Source: Klebsormidium nitens | Lineage: Eukaryota; Plantae; Klebsormidiophyceae | Direction of reading: 5' to 3' | NCBI GenBank assembly: GCA_000708835.1 | Contig: DF237493.1 | Location: 1 to 59,421 of the forward strand | Length of the DNA stretch: 59,421 nucleotides | Part shown: piece by piece, positions 45,531 to 56,900 of the stretch | Layout of the letters: each line of letters starts with the position of its first letter | How positions within the stretch are numbered: position 1 is the stretch's first letter | Position numbers and translations under genes: made by a program | The notes under the pieces: generated by a model | What the model was told of the DNA's origin: nothing | What the model saw: only the letters and a program-made list of their open reading frames with translations | The model's database searches: none

Positions 45531-46552
45531 GTATGCGTCTGGTGTTTCTTGAGTGGCAAGTCTGATCGAGCGAGACACTGATGAGCAGGGTAGGGACAGA
45601 CACGCAAGCTCTCGTGGAGAACGACTGCCGTTGTTCTTACCGACCTGCAGTCAGCGAGCTAGCAGGGTGGCAAGAGGGCGTGCAAGTGAGTTCGTCCACA
45701 CGGTCGTCTTCAGACAGCGTATGCATCTCCCAAACACATCCGGCTATCTTCGCTGCAGCCGTACGTAATATCCTTCCATGCAAGGCGTCATGATGTGCCA
45801 GGACGAATTCTCGTACCCGTACGTTGCATGTCCATGCGATGATGGTATGGTTATTATTACCGTACGGGTGGCATCCGATGCCAGACTGGGAACGTGAGCC
45901 GGGAACAATCAGTCAATAGTCGAACAATCATGGTGCCTGTATAAGTTCAGGTCGCGCGTTGCCGCGGCCCTGATCGAATACGCATACCAAACAGGCTGTC
46001 CCTGAGTGCCGCCGCGGCCCGTACGCCGATCCTGGTGCAATGATCTGCCACTGGCTTATTACCCGAGCTCGCAGTGCTATATATCATGCTTGTCGGGAGC
46101 CTGTACGGAAAGCACCTAGTACGCGCTGCATGAAAGTCGGCGTTTCATAATCATGACCGAATCCCTGTCGAGTGAATTGTGTTCCGGAAGCAACTTCAGT
46201 AATAGTCGGCGGTATGCACACGGTATAATAGGGCATGGGAGCAGGCCAAGATTTACGCATGGCCAAAATTCTTCTGTACTTAGGAGAAATTTAAGGATGA
46301 CAGTCCATGCCGAGGTTGCACGTACCAGACTGAGGGCGGGCTACATACGAAGCGCAGGAACGAAGCAGGTTGACATGTGCTATGCTATTCAGTCAGCTTC
46401 GATCTTTCACTTTACAGTAATTCAACTTTTGTCGATCTTCAAATTCACACCGGTTCTACGAAGAATGACCTAGGAAAGCCTCTTCCACAAGCCTTCCCTG
46501 GAGCTGTTATTCTGGTAAGTTTGGCACAATCCCAGACTCGGGCGGAACCACT

Positions 46553-48789
46553 TCAACACGCAGCGGCTGGCAGCTCGTCCCTCTCGGGAAACAGCTTCTT
46601 GGACCGCTTGTGCTGTCGAAAGCGCGAGTAGAGCCCCAGTACGCAGCACCACAGGCACATAACAGCCGCTATGGAGCAAAGAACAATCAGAAAGACAATC
46701 AGCACCGTTGCGTCTGTCGTTGTGGGCTGTAAAGGAGTGGCCGCCGCGGGCGCTTGCTTTTCGGCGGCCGCGCTTGCAAAGTCGCTTGGCTCTGCAAGGG
46801 AAAAGGCAAAGAAGCACGGTTGATCCTTCCGACGCGTTTGTTGAGAAATTTCATGTGCAATGAGGTGGCCGGGGTGCGTCAATCTTGTACTTGTCTACAA
46901 ATTGAAAAGCGGGATGCCTCGAGTGAACAGGCAGCAACTGGGACCTTTTGATATGGTTGAAATATGAACGCCGGTAAAGTTGATAAAGAGTGTGCACCGA
47001 CGTTTGTGAACCGAGCCACGGATGCAGCCACCAAGACACTTCGTTTCGGATCCATTAAGCAGTTGGCACGGTGGACCGCTCGAGAAAGATGGAAAAGGAG
47101 ATGTTCTCCCCTTCTCGAAAGTCCATTTGCAGAAGAACGGACTTCATAAAGGCATCCGGATATGCAAGCGCCTATATCAGATGCTGGCACACGCTTGTCG
47201 CGTTGTCAAGCTTTAAATCGCATGCAAAGTTTACCTTGATCATTTGCCAAGTCGGCGACCATGGTGGTTTCCGCTTGCAGCAAACGCCGGCCTTTCCCTG
47301 CAAACATACTATTGCACAGCTTTTGCAATTATGTTAAATTGTTCGAAACATTTCTGCGACAACGAGTTCCGCGCTTCTTACATCTGCCACGAATCCAGAA
47401 TTTTTTATTTTATTACCCCACGTAACGGCGGCTTACGTTCAGCACAGCTACCTCAGAGCTTCGAAGCACATTGCCATCTTAGCTGCATTCCCTGCTTTTG
47501 GGACCGTAACGATCTGCCTTCGAAGGTCCGGAAGGGGCAAGCGTGTCCGGCTGAAAGGTTCTGCCGTTGAGATACTCTTCCCATGAGCTTAGATTTTCAA
47601 TAATTTGTGAGACTGCTACCCATAGTATGATCGTTATCCAGACGAACTTGATTTAAGAAAGCTCATTACCATGCTGAGACGAACCTGCTGGAGATACAAA
47701 TGAAACCCCGGCCATTTAACCCTTCAGCTCGCCTTCTCAAATGCGATAGACCTCAAAACCTCTTGAAGTCTGCTTACCCCGGGCGCCGCTCAAACAAAGG
47801 AACTGCATCACCATTAATCATTTGACCTCACCTTCTGTCCTGATCGCGGCAACTTCGCGCGTAACCATTCCCGTATCCCAGGGGTCGCCGTTACGCCGTC
47901 GGACCGCCTCCGCGTTGAGGACGTCCGAAGCAAAGTCGAAGAAGATGCTGTCCAAATATGAACAGGCGGTTGCCCGCGCTTACGTTTGGCTTTCCGTTCA
48001 ATGTCAGTGCGGCTCAGTTGGGCGCGAGACGAGCCATGCAATTTGTCGAGACCGGTGAACGTGTTGCGGAATCCAGCAACCTGTCGCATACCTCCACCCA
48101 CTTTCGTGCACCAACCTCAGCCGAAGGCGGTACGGTTTATTGACTTGGTGCTGGTCGTCTTGACGTAATCTCTTGATCTACAAGATCTCAGAAAGACCAA
48201 GCTGCGTTCCTCATCGGTCTGCAAAAGCTCAGTTAGAAGCGTAGCAACATACCGAGATGGGAATCTGTCGGCTCTTATCATCAGGCCCGTGTCAATCGAA
48301 CGCTTCTTAGTCGAAGGTGATATTTGGTATGAAGCCCGACGCCCAAACGTACTAGGTTAGAAGCGGTCGCCTTTCGACCTCGCAGATGCTCGATGAGAGG
48401 CTTAGCAACTTCAAGAGAAGGTTTCATGACCGATTTATTCAAGCGGCCCCGTGCCTAACGTCCTGCCCAACGTGCTGCACTTTTGCACAAAACGATCCCC
48501 ACATTCTGCTGAGACCCACCTGGTCAAAGCTCTTCGTCACCTGAATACCCTGAAAATGCCCATCGGTAGCACAACAGATTGAATCAAGCGTAATGAAAAA
48601 CCTCTTAACTTACGTACGGAGCTCCTAGATGACATGCTCCGCGAGTAGATCTCTACGTCGAAGACGCGAGACGCGCGAAACCCACCTGTCCGAAACCGCC
48701 TCTCGGCAGAAGCGCTGTATGCTTGCGGGCAGCCGGCTGAGTGTGAATGCGCCCAAGAGAAGGAGAACTAGAATGGACGGAATCGTCAT
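46553..48789 (-). CDS. Tentative small single-pass membrane protein (~152 aa, 3 exons)
   Basis: Model 48789-48686, 47947-47832, 46791-46553 is phase-compatible. It gives a hydrophobic N-terminus MTIPSILVLLLLGAF, an Ala/Pro/Thr stalk, a TM segment VLIVFLIVLCSIAAVMCLWCCVLGLY and a basic RFRQHKRSKK tail. No family was recognised, and the exons were chosen among alternatives. Confidence 0.33.
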
Positions 48790-50904
48790 CTGAGCGAGCC
48801 TTTCCGGCGGCAGCCTGTGAGGGCGCGCCACGTGGGGGGAGGAGAAGACCTGCCCAGGCACCGGAAAGTCCATAAAGTTCATCGGTGGAAAAGGAAGGGG
48901 CAAAAGCGCTGAGTAGACGAAGCCTTCTTAAACAAACGCCGAATTGGGAGTCTGCAAGCTTAACACACTTCGCTTTGTGAAACCAAGCAACGTCTCGGGT
49001 GCGCTTTCAGCTTCATGCGACAAAGGACGCTACCTTTCAAGGGTGTGCGTTACGCCTGAGCTTTGGGTTACTAGCCAAGCGTCCTGTTCCGCAAGAATCT
49101 TTACGGAAGAAAAACGTCTTGGTTCTTTCAGTCCACCAACTTCTTCATGATCTTCCTTGTCAAGCAGAAAGAAGGAAGTGAGGAAAGAGAGTCTGTTTGA
49201 ATCAATGCTCGACAAATCAAGACTGTACTTTCCTGCCTGCTTCTGACCATGTATGTAAGAGCTTCGATGTGCTTCCTACGTTAGCCTTGGACAAAGAGAA
49301 GATGGACCGCTTGAGAATCGCTGTGCAGATTTAAGGCGATTCTCACAATGGAGGCGGCTTCGTGTGGAATTGGACACTCCTCGTACTAAAGGCTTGATCT
49401 TTTGGTGCCCCTGAATGAAAGGCTGGTTGTGAGATCCTGAGAAAACAACTTCGTCAAAAGAGGTCAGCCAGAACATCTGCCCCAATGTCACGCTAAGCTC
49501 AATTCGGAACGGTTGACGAACGTCTGAATGCTCTCGTCGATTATTGCGAGGATCATCAATGATTCAATCATCTTAGATTGGATCTTGTATCGGAGCGCGT
49601 ACGTCATATGTATGCACGCGCAAACGATCTGGTGTTCTTCTGATATTTTGACGTACGGCCGTGCTCGCACTTCAACTGAGACGACGAATCAGACCTGGTA
49701 GTCTGTCTGGATCTCTACACCAATGTCAGAACCCTCAGCTGCCTGTAACGTGCCAGCCCTGACAAGCGACCTCAGGTCACTCAAATCTCCTGGACTGGGG
49801 CGCCGACCTTACCTTAATCATGGTGCGCCATCGGACGGTTGGAAGGATCAAAGTTTGATTGTCATTCATACTTCTATCATAAGGACCGTAGCTTGCGCCA
49901 TGGCCCGAACGGTGTCAACACATCATTCGATTGAGTTCGATGAAGTTTTGAAAAACAGGGTCTGCGAAGCTGAACCTAGCTGCTAGGTAGTAGTCGCTTC
50001 AGATAAGGCCCAGCCCTTTCAGTTGAGGGCTTCCTACCGATTAAGGAAGATGACTCCAGATTTCCGCTTAGCTACGAGTAGGTAGATTGAGTGGCCATGT
50101 CTTCCTTGGAAAAGTTCAGACGCTATTCAAGCCAGCTGCCAGAACGACTGGCAGACTGGCGCTCTGAGCGGAGGCACGAGTCTGGCCTGCACCAGCTAAT
50201 TGACTCTCTTGTAATATTGGGACTCCGCTTGAACCAGCTTGGACTCTGATTTGCTCAGCTTATGGTGGGGTCGTATTGACAAGACATAGCACCGGATGGA
50301 TGCAGTGCATGTTCCATAAGATGAAAACGTCGCTACTAATACAGCAGCACTCGACTCTGCTGTAAAACAATGCCCAGCCTGTTCTGTGCTTTTCAAACCC
50401 GGAACCGGGCTCATACGGTACCGTACTGTTACAAGGGTGCCAGCGCGCAGCTTTGATACGTACTGTGTTAACCACGTGGCAAAAAAATGCTTTTGATTGG
50501 CTAGGACATCCCGAGCAATTGAGAGCCGAGAACTATCCTGTGACTCGGATCCTCAGAGTCAAGGTAGGACCATGTTTCGGCAGTACTGCAGTTTTGGCAC
50601 TGGCACCAGTGCGCCCATGGGGAGCGCGGCTTGCTTCTTGTGCCACAAGTTTCAGAGCAACATTTGGTGAGAGTACGCTACATAAAAGGCTTTGGAATAA
50701 GAGGTTTTGGAAGCTGCATGCATCAGAAAAAGGGGTCACCACCTGACAAAAACACCTTGGATTTTTCCAATCAGCAGGACAGCGTTTGATGGGCTCCAAT
50801 TCAGCAGAAGCTTCATACAGCAAAATTGGTGCCCCCCAAAGCTCTCCTCGGGTAGATATACGCCCTCCTCAATTTGAATCTGAGACCCTGACTTCAGACT
50901 TCTG

Positions 50905-53900
50905 ATGGCAGCGCATGATACTTCCAGCAAAAAGTACAGTTCTGCACCTTCTCCTCCAGCATCAAGCTCAGAGGAAGGGGTGATGGCGCCCCTGCTGCTG
51001 CGGCGAGGCGAGCATGCCTCCAGAAGCAATCACAACGGGGGGCTCAGGAAGACTGCGATTCCGGCAGGGGGGGAAGCGGAGGGGGCGGCTTTGAGAAGGA
51101 ATGTAGCGGGGGATGATCTGGAGAATGGGGAGAAGACGAGTGGCAGCTTGTGGAGAGTTTTTGCACTGGCGCGGCCGGAGAGGACGATGATCATAATTGG
51201 AACAGTTGCTTTGCTGGTGTCTGCGGTGGCGAATATTGCACTGGTGAGGCTTCAACCAATTAGGATGAAGTCCTAAGAAGTGGCTTGATATGAGTGTTGA
51301 AACAGTAGAATTACTGATAGGATGCTCGTGTACATCCTGTTTCCCGAGAGATACAGCTTCAGCCTTTGCCCATTTTGGCAACAAGTTTTGGAAACTGACG
51401 CCAGGAGGCTGTTCTGGGCAAGTTTTTATTGAAGATTGGGCATGGATCTTTTCTGAAGGGAGGTTGTTGTGTAAAGTCAATTGGTTGCTGGTTGCAATCA
51501 GCAGGCGGCGCTCATTGCTGGTAAAGGAAACGTGAAACTGTTGTAGTGGTCCTCATACAAGCCTAAACCGTGTTGTTCAGTATGAGCATGATCAGATTCT
51601 AGATCTCCTCTTTCCCTTTTCAAATCAGAAAATGACATGGGGTTGTTTTGAGAGCTATTTGACGTGGATCCGCTCAACTTTGGGTGCATGGGCTTAGTTG
51701 AGTGTTCTTTCTGCCGGGAAAGGACTGTTGTGAGGTCATATACAATTGGCTGTCCTTGCTGTAGGTATGTTTGAGCTCCATTGAGAAAGCTGCGTGTCTT
51801 GCGGCTGTCCTTGGAGTTTCTGATCTTGAAAAGGACTCCCACATCCTTTTTCCATTAATGTCTGCAGATCCTCCAACGCCTAAACTTGTCCAAATGCCCC
51901 TCTAAACCTCTCTCATCACCCACTTCATAAACCCTTCATTTCCCCCGCTTTGCAACCCCGCTTTGCCGGCCATAGAGACTATTGTCCCTTGGATATCTAC
52001 TGACTAGATTGTGTTTCTGGAAGCTCTCCTCAAACCTCTCTCATCACCCAGTCCCTTAAACCCTTCTGCTATGAATACCTCTCTTATAACCCAGTTCTTA
52101 ACCCTTTTGTTACCCCCACTTGCAGCCCGGTTGCCGGCCAAGTCGTAGATTTTGTTGTCCCTCGGATGTCTATGGACTGTATTGTTTTTTCTGGAAGCTC
52201 TACCCAAACGTCTCTCATAACCCAGCTGAGTTCTTCCTTCTATCCAAAGTTCTCTCATAACCCAATTGTTAACCCTGTTGTTACGCCCCCTTAGCAGCCC
52301 CACTTCGCCGGCCAGGTTCAAGATACCGTCCAAGACACTGATGTCCCTTGGAGTTTGCTGACTCAATAATGTCTCTGGAAGCTTCACTTAAATTTCGCTC
52401 ACAAACCACTCGAAACCCTTACTTACCCCCCCCCTTGCAGCCCCGGTTCGCCGGCCAGGTCATAGACACTGTGACCTCCCAGATTGGAACGGACCCTTCT
52501 CCGGAAGCAAAGGCAGCCGCAAAGCGGGCGCTGGACGGCACGATTCTGCAGATTGTCTTGGTTGTGTTGGTTGGGGCTGCCGCAACTAGCCTGAGGACTT
52601 ATCTCTTCCAGGCGGCGAGCGAGAAGGTGGTTGCCCGGTTGCGGCGCCAGCTGTTTGCCTCGCTGGTCAACCAGGTTAGTACGGTTGGGTGGAATGTTAA
52701 GAAAGTTAGTTGTACCATGTGGTTAGGCGAGCATCTTTGTTGAGGATCAGCTCTTCAGCTGGGCAAGACTGCATTTGGCAAAAATTGCATTTCAGTTCCT
52801 TCATTATGAAAGGAATAACGAAATTTGGTGTCTCTTTGGATTGCACCAAGTGAGTCCTTTCCTTTCGATTGGTGCTTTTTAAATCTAGAAAAAGTGTGCT
52901 CCTATTTGCCGTTGCATTTGAAATCAGAAACGAACCTCTGCGAAGAGTACACATGCTATGACTTCCTCGGGATCGACTGTTCCAGGACGACGCTTTATGT
53001 CGCGTTATCATTCTTGTCTGACCGTTCTCTCATATTTTTATAGCCCTGTAGCCTCTCCATCTCAGTAGCAATCCCCCGAAGTCTGAATTCCTCGACTTCT
53101 CTATGCTAACAGCCACCCTCCAAACTCTGAATCCCGAATCCGTATTGACGAACTTGGCAAATGACCTCAAAAATATTCATCCAATCTCCAGGATATCGGC
53201 TTCTTTCACACCATCCGCATCGGCGAGCTCCTGAGGCGGCTCTTGGAGGACACTCAAGTAATCAAAACGGTGTCAAAGACGCACCTAAGCGTTCATATTC
53301 GAATCCTCATCCACCCAAACCCAAAAGTGACCTCACAAATCTTTTTTCTAATTTCCAGGATATCGGCTTCTTTGACACCACCCGCACTGGCGAGCTCCTG
53401 AGCCGGCTCTCGGAGGACACCCAGGTGATAAAAACGGTGTCAACGACGCACCTGAGCGAGATGCTGCGCAGCGTTGCCACCGCAAGTCTCGGCCTCGCAT
53501 TCATGGGCTCTACGTCGTGGCGCCTGACGGCGCTCGCGTGCATTATCATCCCACCGGTCTCAATCATTGTGCGCTCGTACGGGCGGTACCTGCGGGAGCT
53601 CTCCCGACGGACGCAGGTACGGATCTTTGAAGGCTGGTCCGGAAGTGTCTAAAGTTCCTAGATTCGAGAGAACAGAGGTTTTTGCAATGCTTCGTGTTGG
53701 TCGTCGAGCGCTTGCATGGGCAGTTTTAGTATGGGCTCTCGAAGCAGATACAAGTATGTTCAGATCTATCATCTTCTGGTGTCTCCAAAACGGAGCCTCG
53801 TGGGGCAGCGCCTTATGGTGCCAGTAATGACATGACGTGTCAGTATATCGATTCCGAGAATGATGAGTGTGAGCAATCATGTGGAACGCTTCTTGCAAAA

Positions 53901-56900
53901 CCGCTCTGGCTAGACGACGCCGCAAAATTCTTCAGGAGATTGTAACTCGATGTTTCGTAGACCCTAAACCTCAAATTTTCCCCGTCCTTGAATCTCGACA
54001 GCTGCGGCTGTACAACCGCCGAGGATCCCGAAACTTTTCTTGAATCTTAAATTGAACTCCTGGAACTCTTGTTTATGCGTTACTTACAGTGAGTGTTGGA
54101 AGTTGCGGCTTACACAATCGTCAAAGGCGCCCTTGGCGCTGTTCGAATCGCTCGCGGCAGAAGCGGTCCCTAGAAGTGAATCGAGGCTCTAAGCTTCGTG
54201 GAATCGGGAGGTCCTTCCAAACCGTATACCCTAAACCCTCTGAAACCCTTTTCCCGAACAGGCGTCCGCAGCCGCTGCTTCTGCGACCGTCGAGGACGCC
54301 CTCGCCGCTGTGCGGACGGTCCGCGCTTTTGCCCAAGAGGCTTCAAAGAAGGAGGAATCCAAGCCCCTGAAGCATGAAAACCTCAGGTTTCAACTTTCTA
54401 AATACCAGCCCTTGTTCACCATATTCTTCACCATATTATTCACCATTATACTTATCACCAATCTCAAACTCTGAAGTCGTTGTTTCTCACAGGCGTCTGC
54501 AGCCGCTGCTTCTGCGACCGCCGAGGACGCCCTCGGCGCCGTCCGCACTGTCCGCGCGTTCGCTCAAGAAGCGTCCGAAGGCGCGCGGTACGGCTCGAAA
54601 GTCGACGAGTCGCTCCAGTACGGGATTGCGCAGGCCCGCACGGTGGGCTGGTCTTCCGGCGGCCTTTTCGCTCTGTCCTCGGGGGCTATGGTCGCCGTTC
54701 TGTGGTACGGCGCGCGGCTGACGATAGCGGGGGAGCTCAGCGCAGGCGCGCTGTCCGCGTTCGTGCTCTACAGCCTCACGGGTGAGGGGCCTGACGTCAC
54801 GGTGGCGTCATGGGCTTTGCCCTGCACCGCTTGCGTCGGTGGCGGGCAATATTGGAGAAAGTTTGGGTGGCTATCAGACACATTTTTGGTGGTGCAAAAC
54901 TTTCTCGAGACGTTGACCTGTTGCAGCTGGAACAAGCCGGCTTCTAGCAAGCTCTCGTTCATGGGTCGTCTGGTTAGTAGTATCGTCCTCAAAAGCCACT
55001 TCTTGAATTCTTCGGTTCCTTCAAAGTCCTTGCCTCCTAGGCTTTTCTTTCTGAATATCTCTTGCTCGTGTTCCCTCGGTCGTTGCCTCTTTTGACGATC
55101 CTTTTGACAACCATTTACTCTCGTCTGCTCGTGTACCAATCCCACCCATTGCCAAAGATGTGCTCTTTAGCAGCTCGCTTCGCCTCTCTTTCTATACACT
55201 TCAGCGCGTTCAATGTTCGATAATAGAAGCTTCATGCTCTCCTCCGCTCTTGGTTTGCCGTCCAGTTTCTTCGGCTTAGCAGGTTTTTGAAGCCCCTTGC
55301 CTGCCTACTTTCTAGTGGTTTCTTGATCTCCCCTTTCAACGTCCCTTCCACTCATTTCGCGGTGGCGTCCTTCTTCCTTTCTCCTTCATAGAATCTTAAA
55401 GCAGCTTCTCTCGTGAAAGCACTTCGGTTTCTCCTGAACTTTTTCTTTAGAACAACAATTTTGCTCTTCTTCCCAGTCGGTTTCTCCCGTCCCTTTCAGC
55501 CTGTACGCCACCCTGATGCGGACAGTCGAGGCAAGCCACCGGCTGTTTGAGCCGAACCACTTGTTAACCACGTATTTCTTCCATGTTTCTCCAAAGCTTA
55601 ACCACTCCCTAACCTTGTTTTCCGCAGTCGGTTTCTCCCTGGCGTCCCTTTCCAGTCTGTACGCCAACTTGATGCGAGCGGTCGGGGCCAGTCACCGGGT
55701 GTTTGAGCTCCTGCAGCGGCAGCCAAGTATGCCCCCGGCAGGCGAAGAAAGGCCCCGGGGTTCCGGGCAGGGGGGGGAGGTTCGGCTGGAGAACGTGTGG
55801 TTTGCTTACCCCTCCAGTCCGGAAACGTGGATTTTGAAGGTAAGCTTTCGTGGGCATTCTTTGATTCGCACCTCTTGAAGTTGTATGGTTCGGATGATCC
55901 TGGACCCTAGAGTCTGGATGGTTTAATTGACTCAGGATCCTAGAGTCTGGATCCGGACGAAAGGCCTGGTGAATCCGGACAGGGAGCGGGGGTTCGGCTG
56001 GAGACGTGTGGTTTGCTTTATCCCTCCAGCCCAGAAACCTGGATTCTGAAGGTGGGCTTTTGTGGGCCACTTGGTCGTTTGTACGATCACAGACTAGGCA
56101 TGCCTAGTTTATGAACCCTCGGTCTTCGGAAGCTGGGTGGAATTGGTTTTTGTTTGGGGGGCGAGGAAATCTTGAGGAATTTGGGCATGAGGAAGAGGTT
56201 GGGCTTGAGACCGTTTGGTTTGCCAAACCCCTTCAGTCCGGAAACTTGGATCCTAAGTTGGGGTTCTGTGGTTCCTCTTTGATATGTGCGGCTTCAAAGG
56301 ACGTGTAAAACCTGCGTCCGAAGCTTGTGCGATGGGCGCTTTGTGGAGTCTGCGGATGTTGACCCCGAGTACTGGGATCAAGGAGTGGCGCAAAAGCATT
56401 TGGTGCCGGCATAGGAAAGGACGGCGCAGTGCAGCGATTCTATTTCAGTCCTAGCTGATTCTGTCGCCCTCTGACCACGCTCCCGCTCTTTCTCAACCTT
56501 GGCGCGACGATTGCATCGATCGCAACCTTGACGATTGCAACCTTTGTACTCCCTCTACGGGGCAGCCAAGGACTCGTCTACCCAATGAATTCTCCCCACC
56601 TCTAACCATAACCCATTTCTTAACCCAGGGCGTGGACTTGGTCCTAAAACCGGGCACTCGGACCGCGCTTGTTGGCCCGAGCGGCGGCGGAAAGACGACG
56701 ATCGCGAATCTAGTAGAGCGCTACTACGATCCCACCAGCGGACGGATTCTGTTGGACGGCGTTCCGCTTCCGCTCGTCGACCATTCGTTCCTGCACCAAA
56801 AGGTGCGCACGTTTTGGAACTGTCAGTTGTATGGAAGACTGCCACTTATTTGTCAGGGTTGCACTTTGCCCTTGCAAATGAGGAACGAGTCGGCCAGTCA

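Noticed and set aside
44560-45603. 347-aa Pro/Arg-rich minus-strand ORF; similar long antisense ORFs at 7379-7945, 20060-20668 and 22188-22589
   Set aside because: These are shadow frames of GC-rich or repetitive coding exons on the opposite strand, with no independent motifs.
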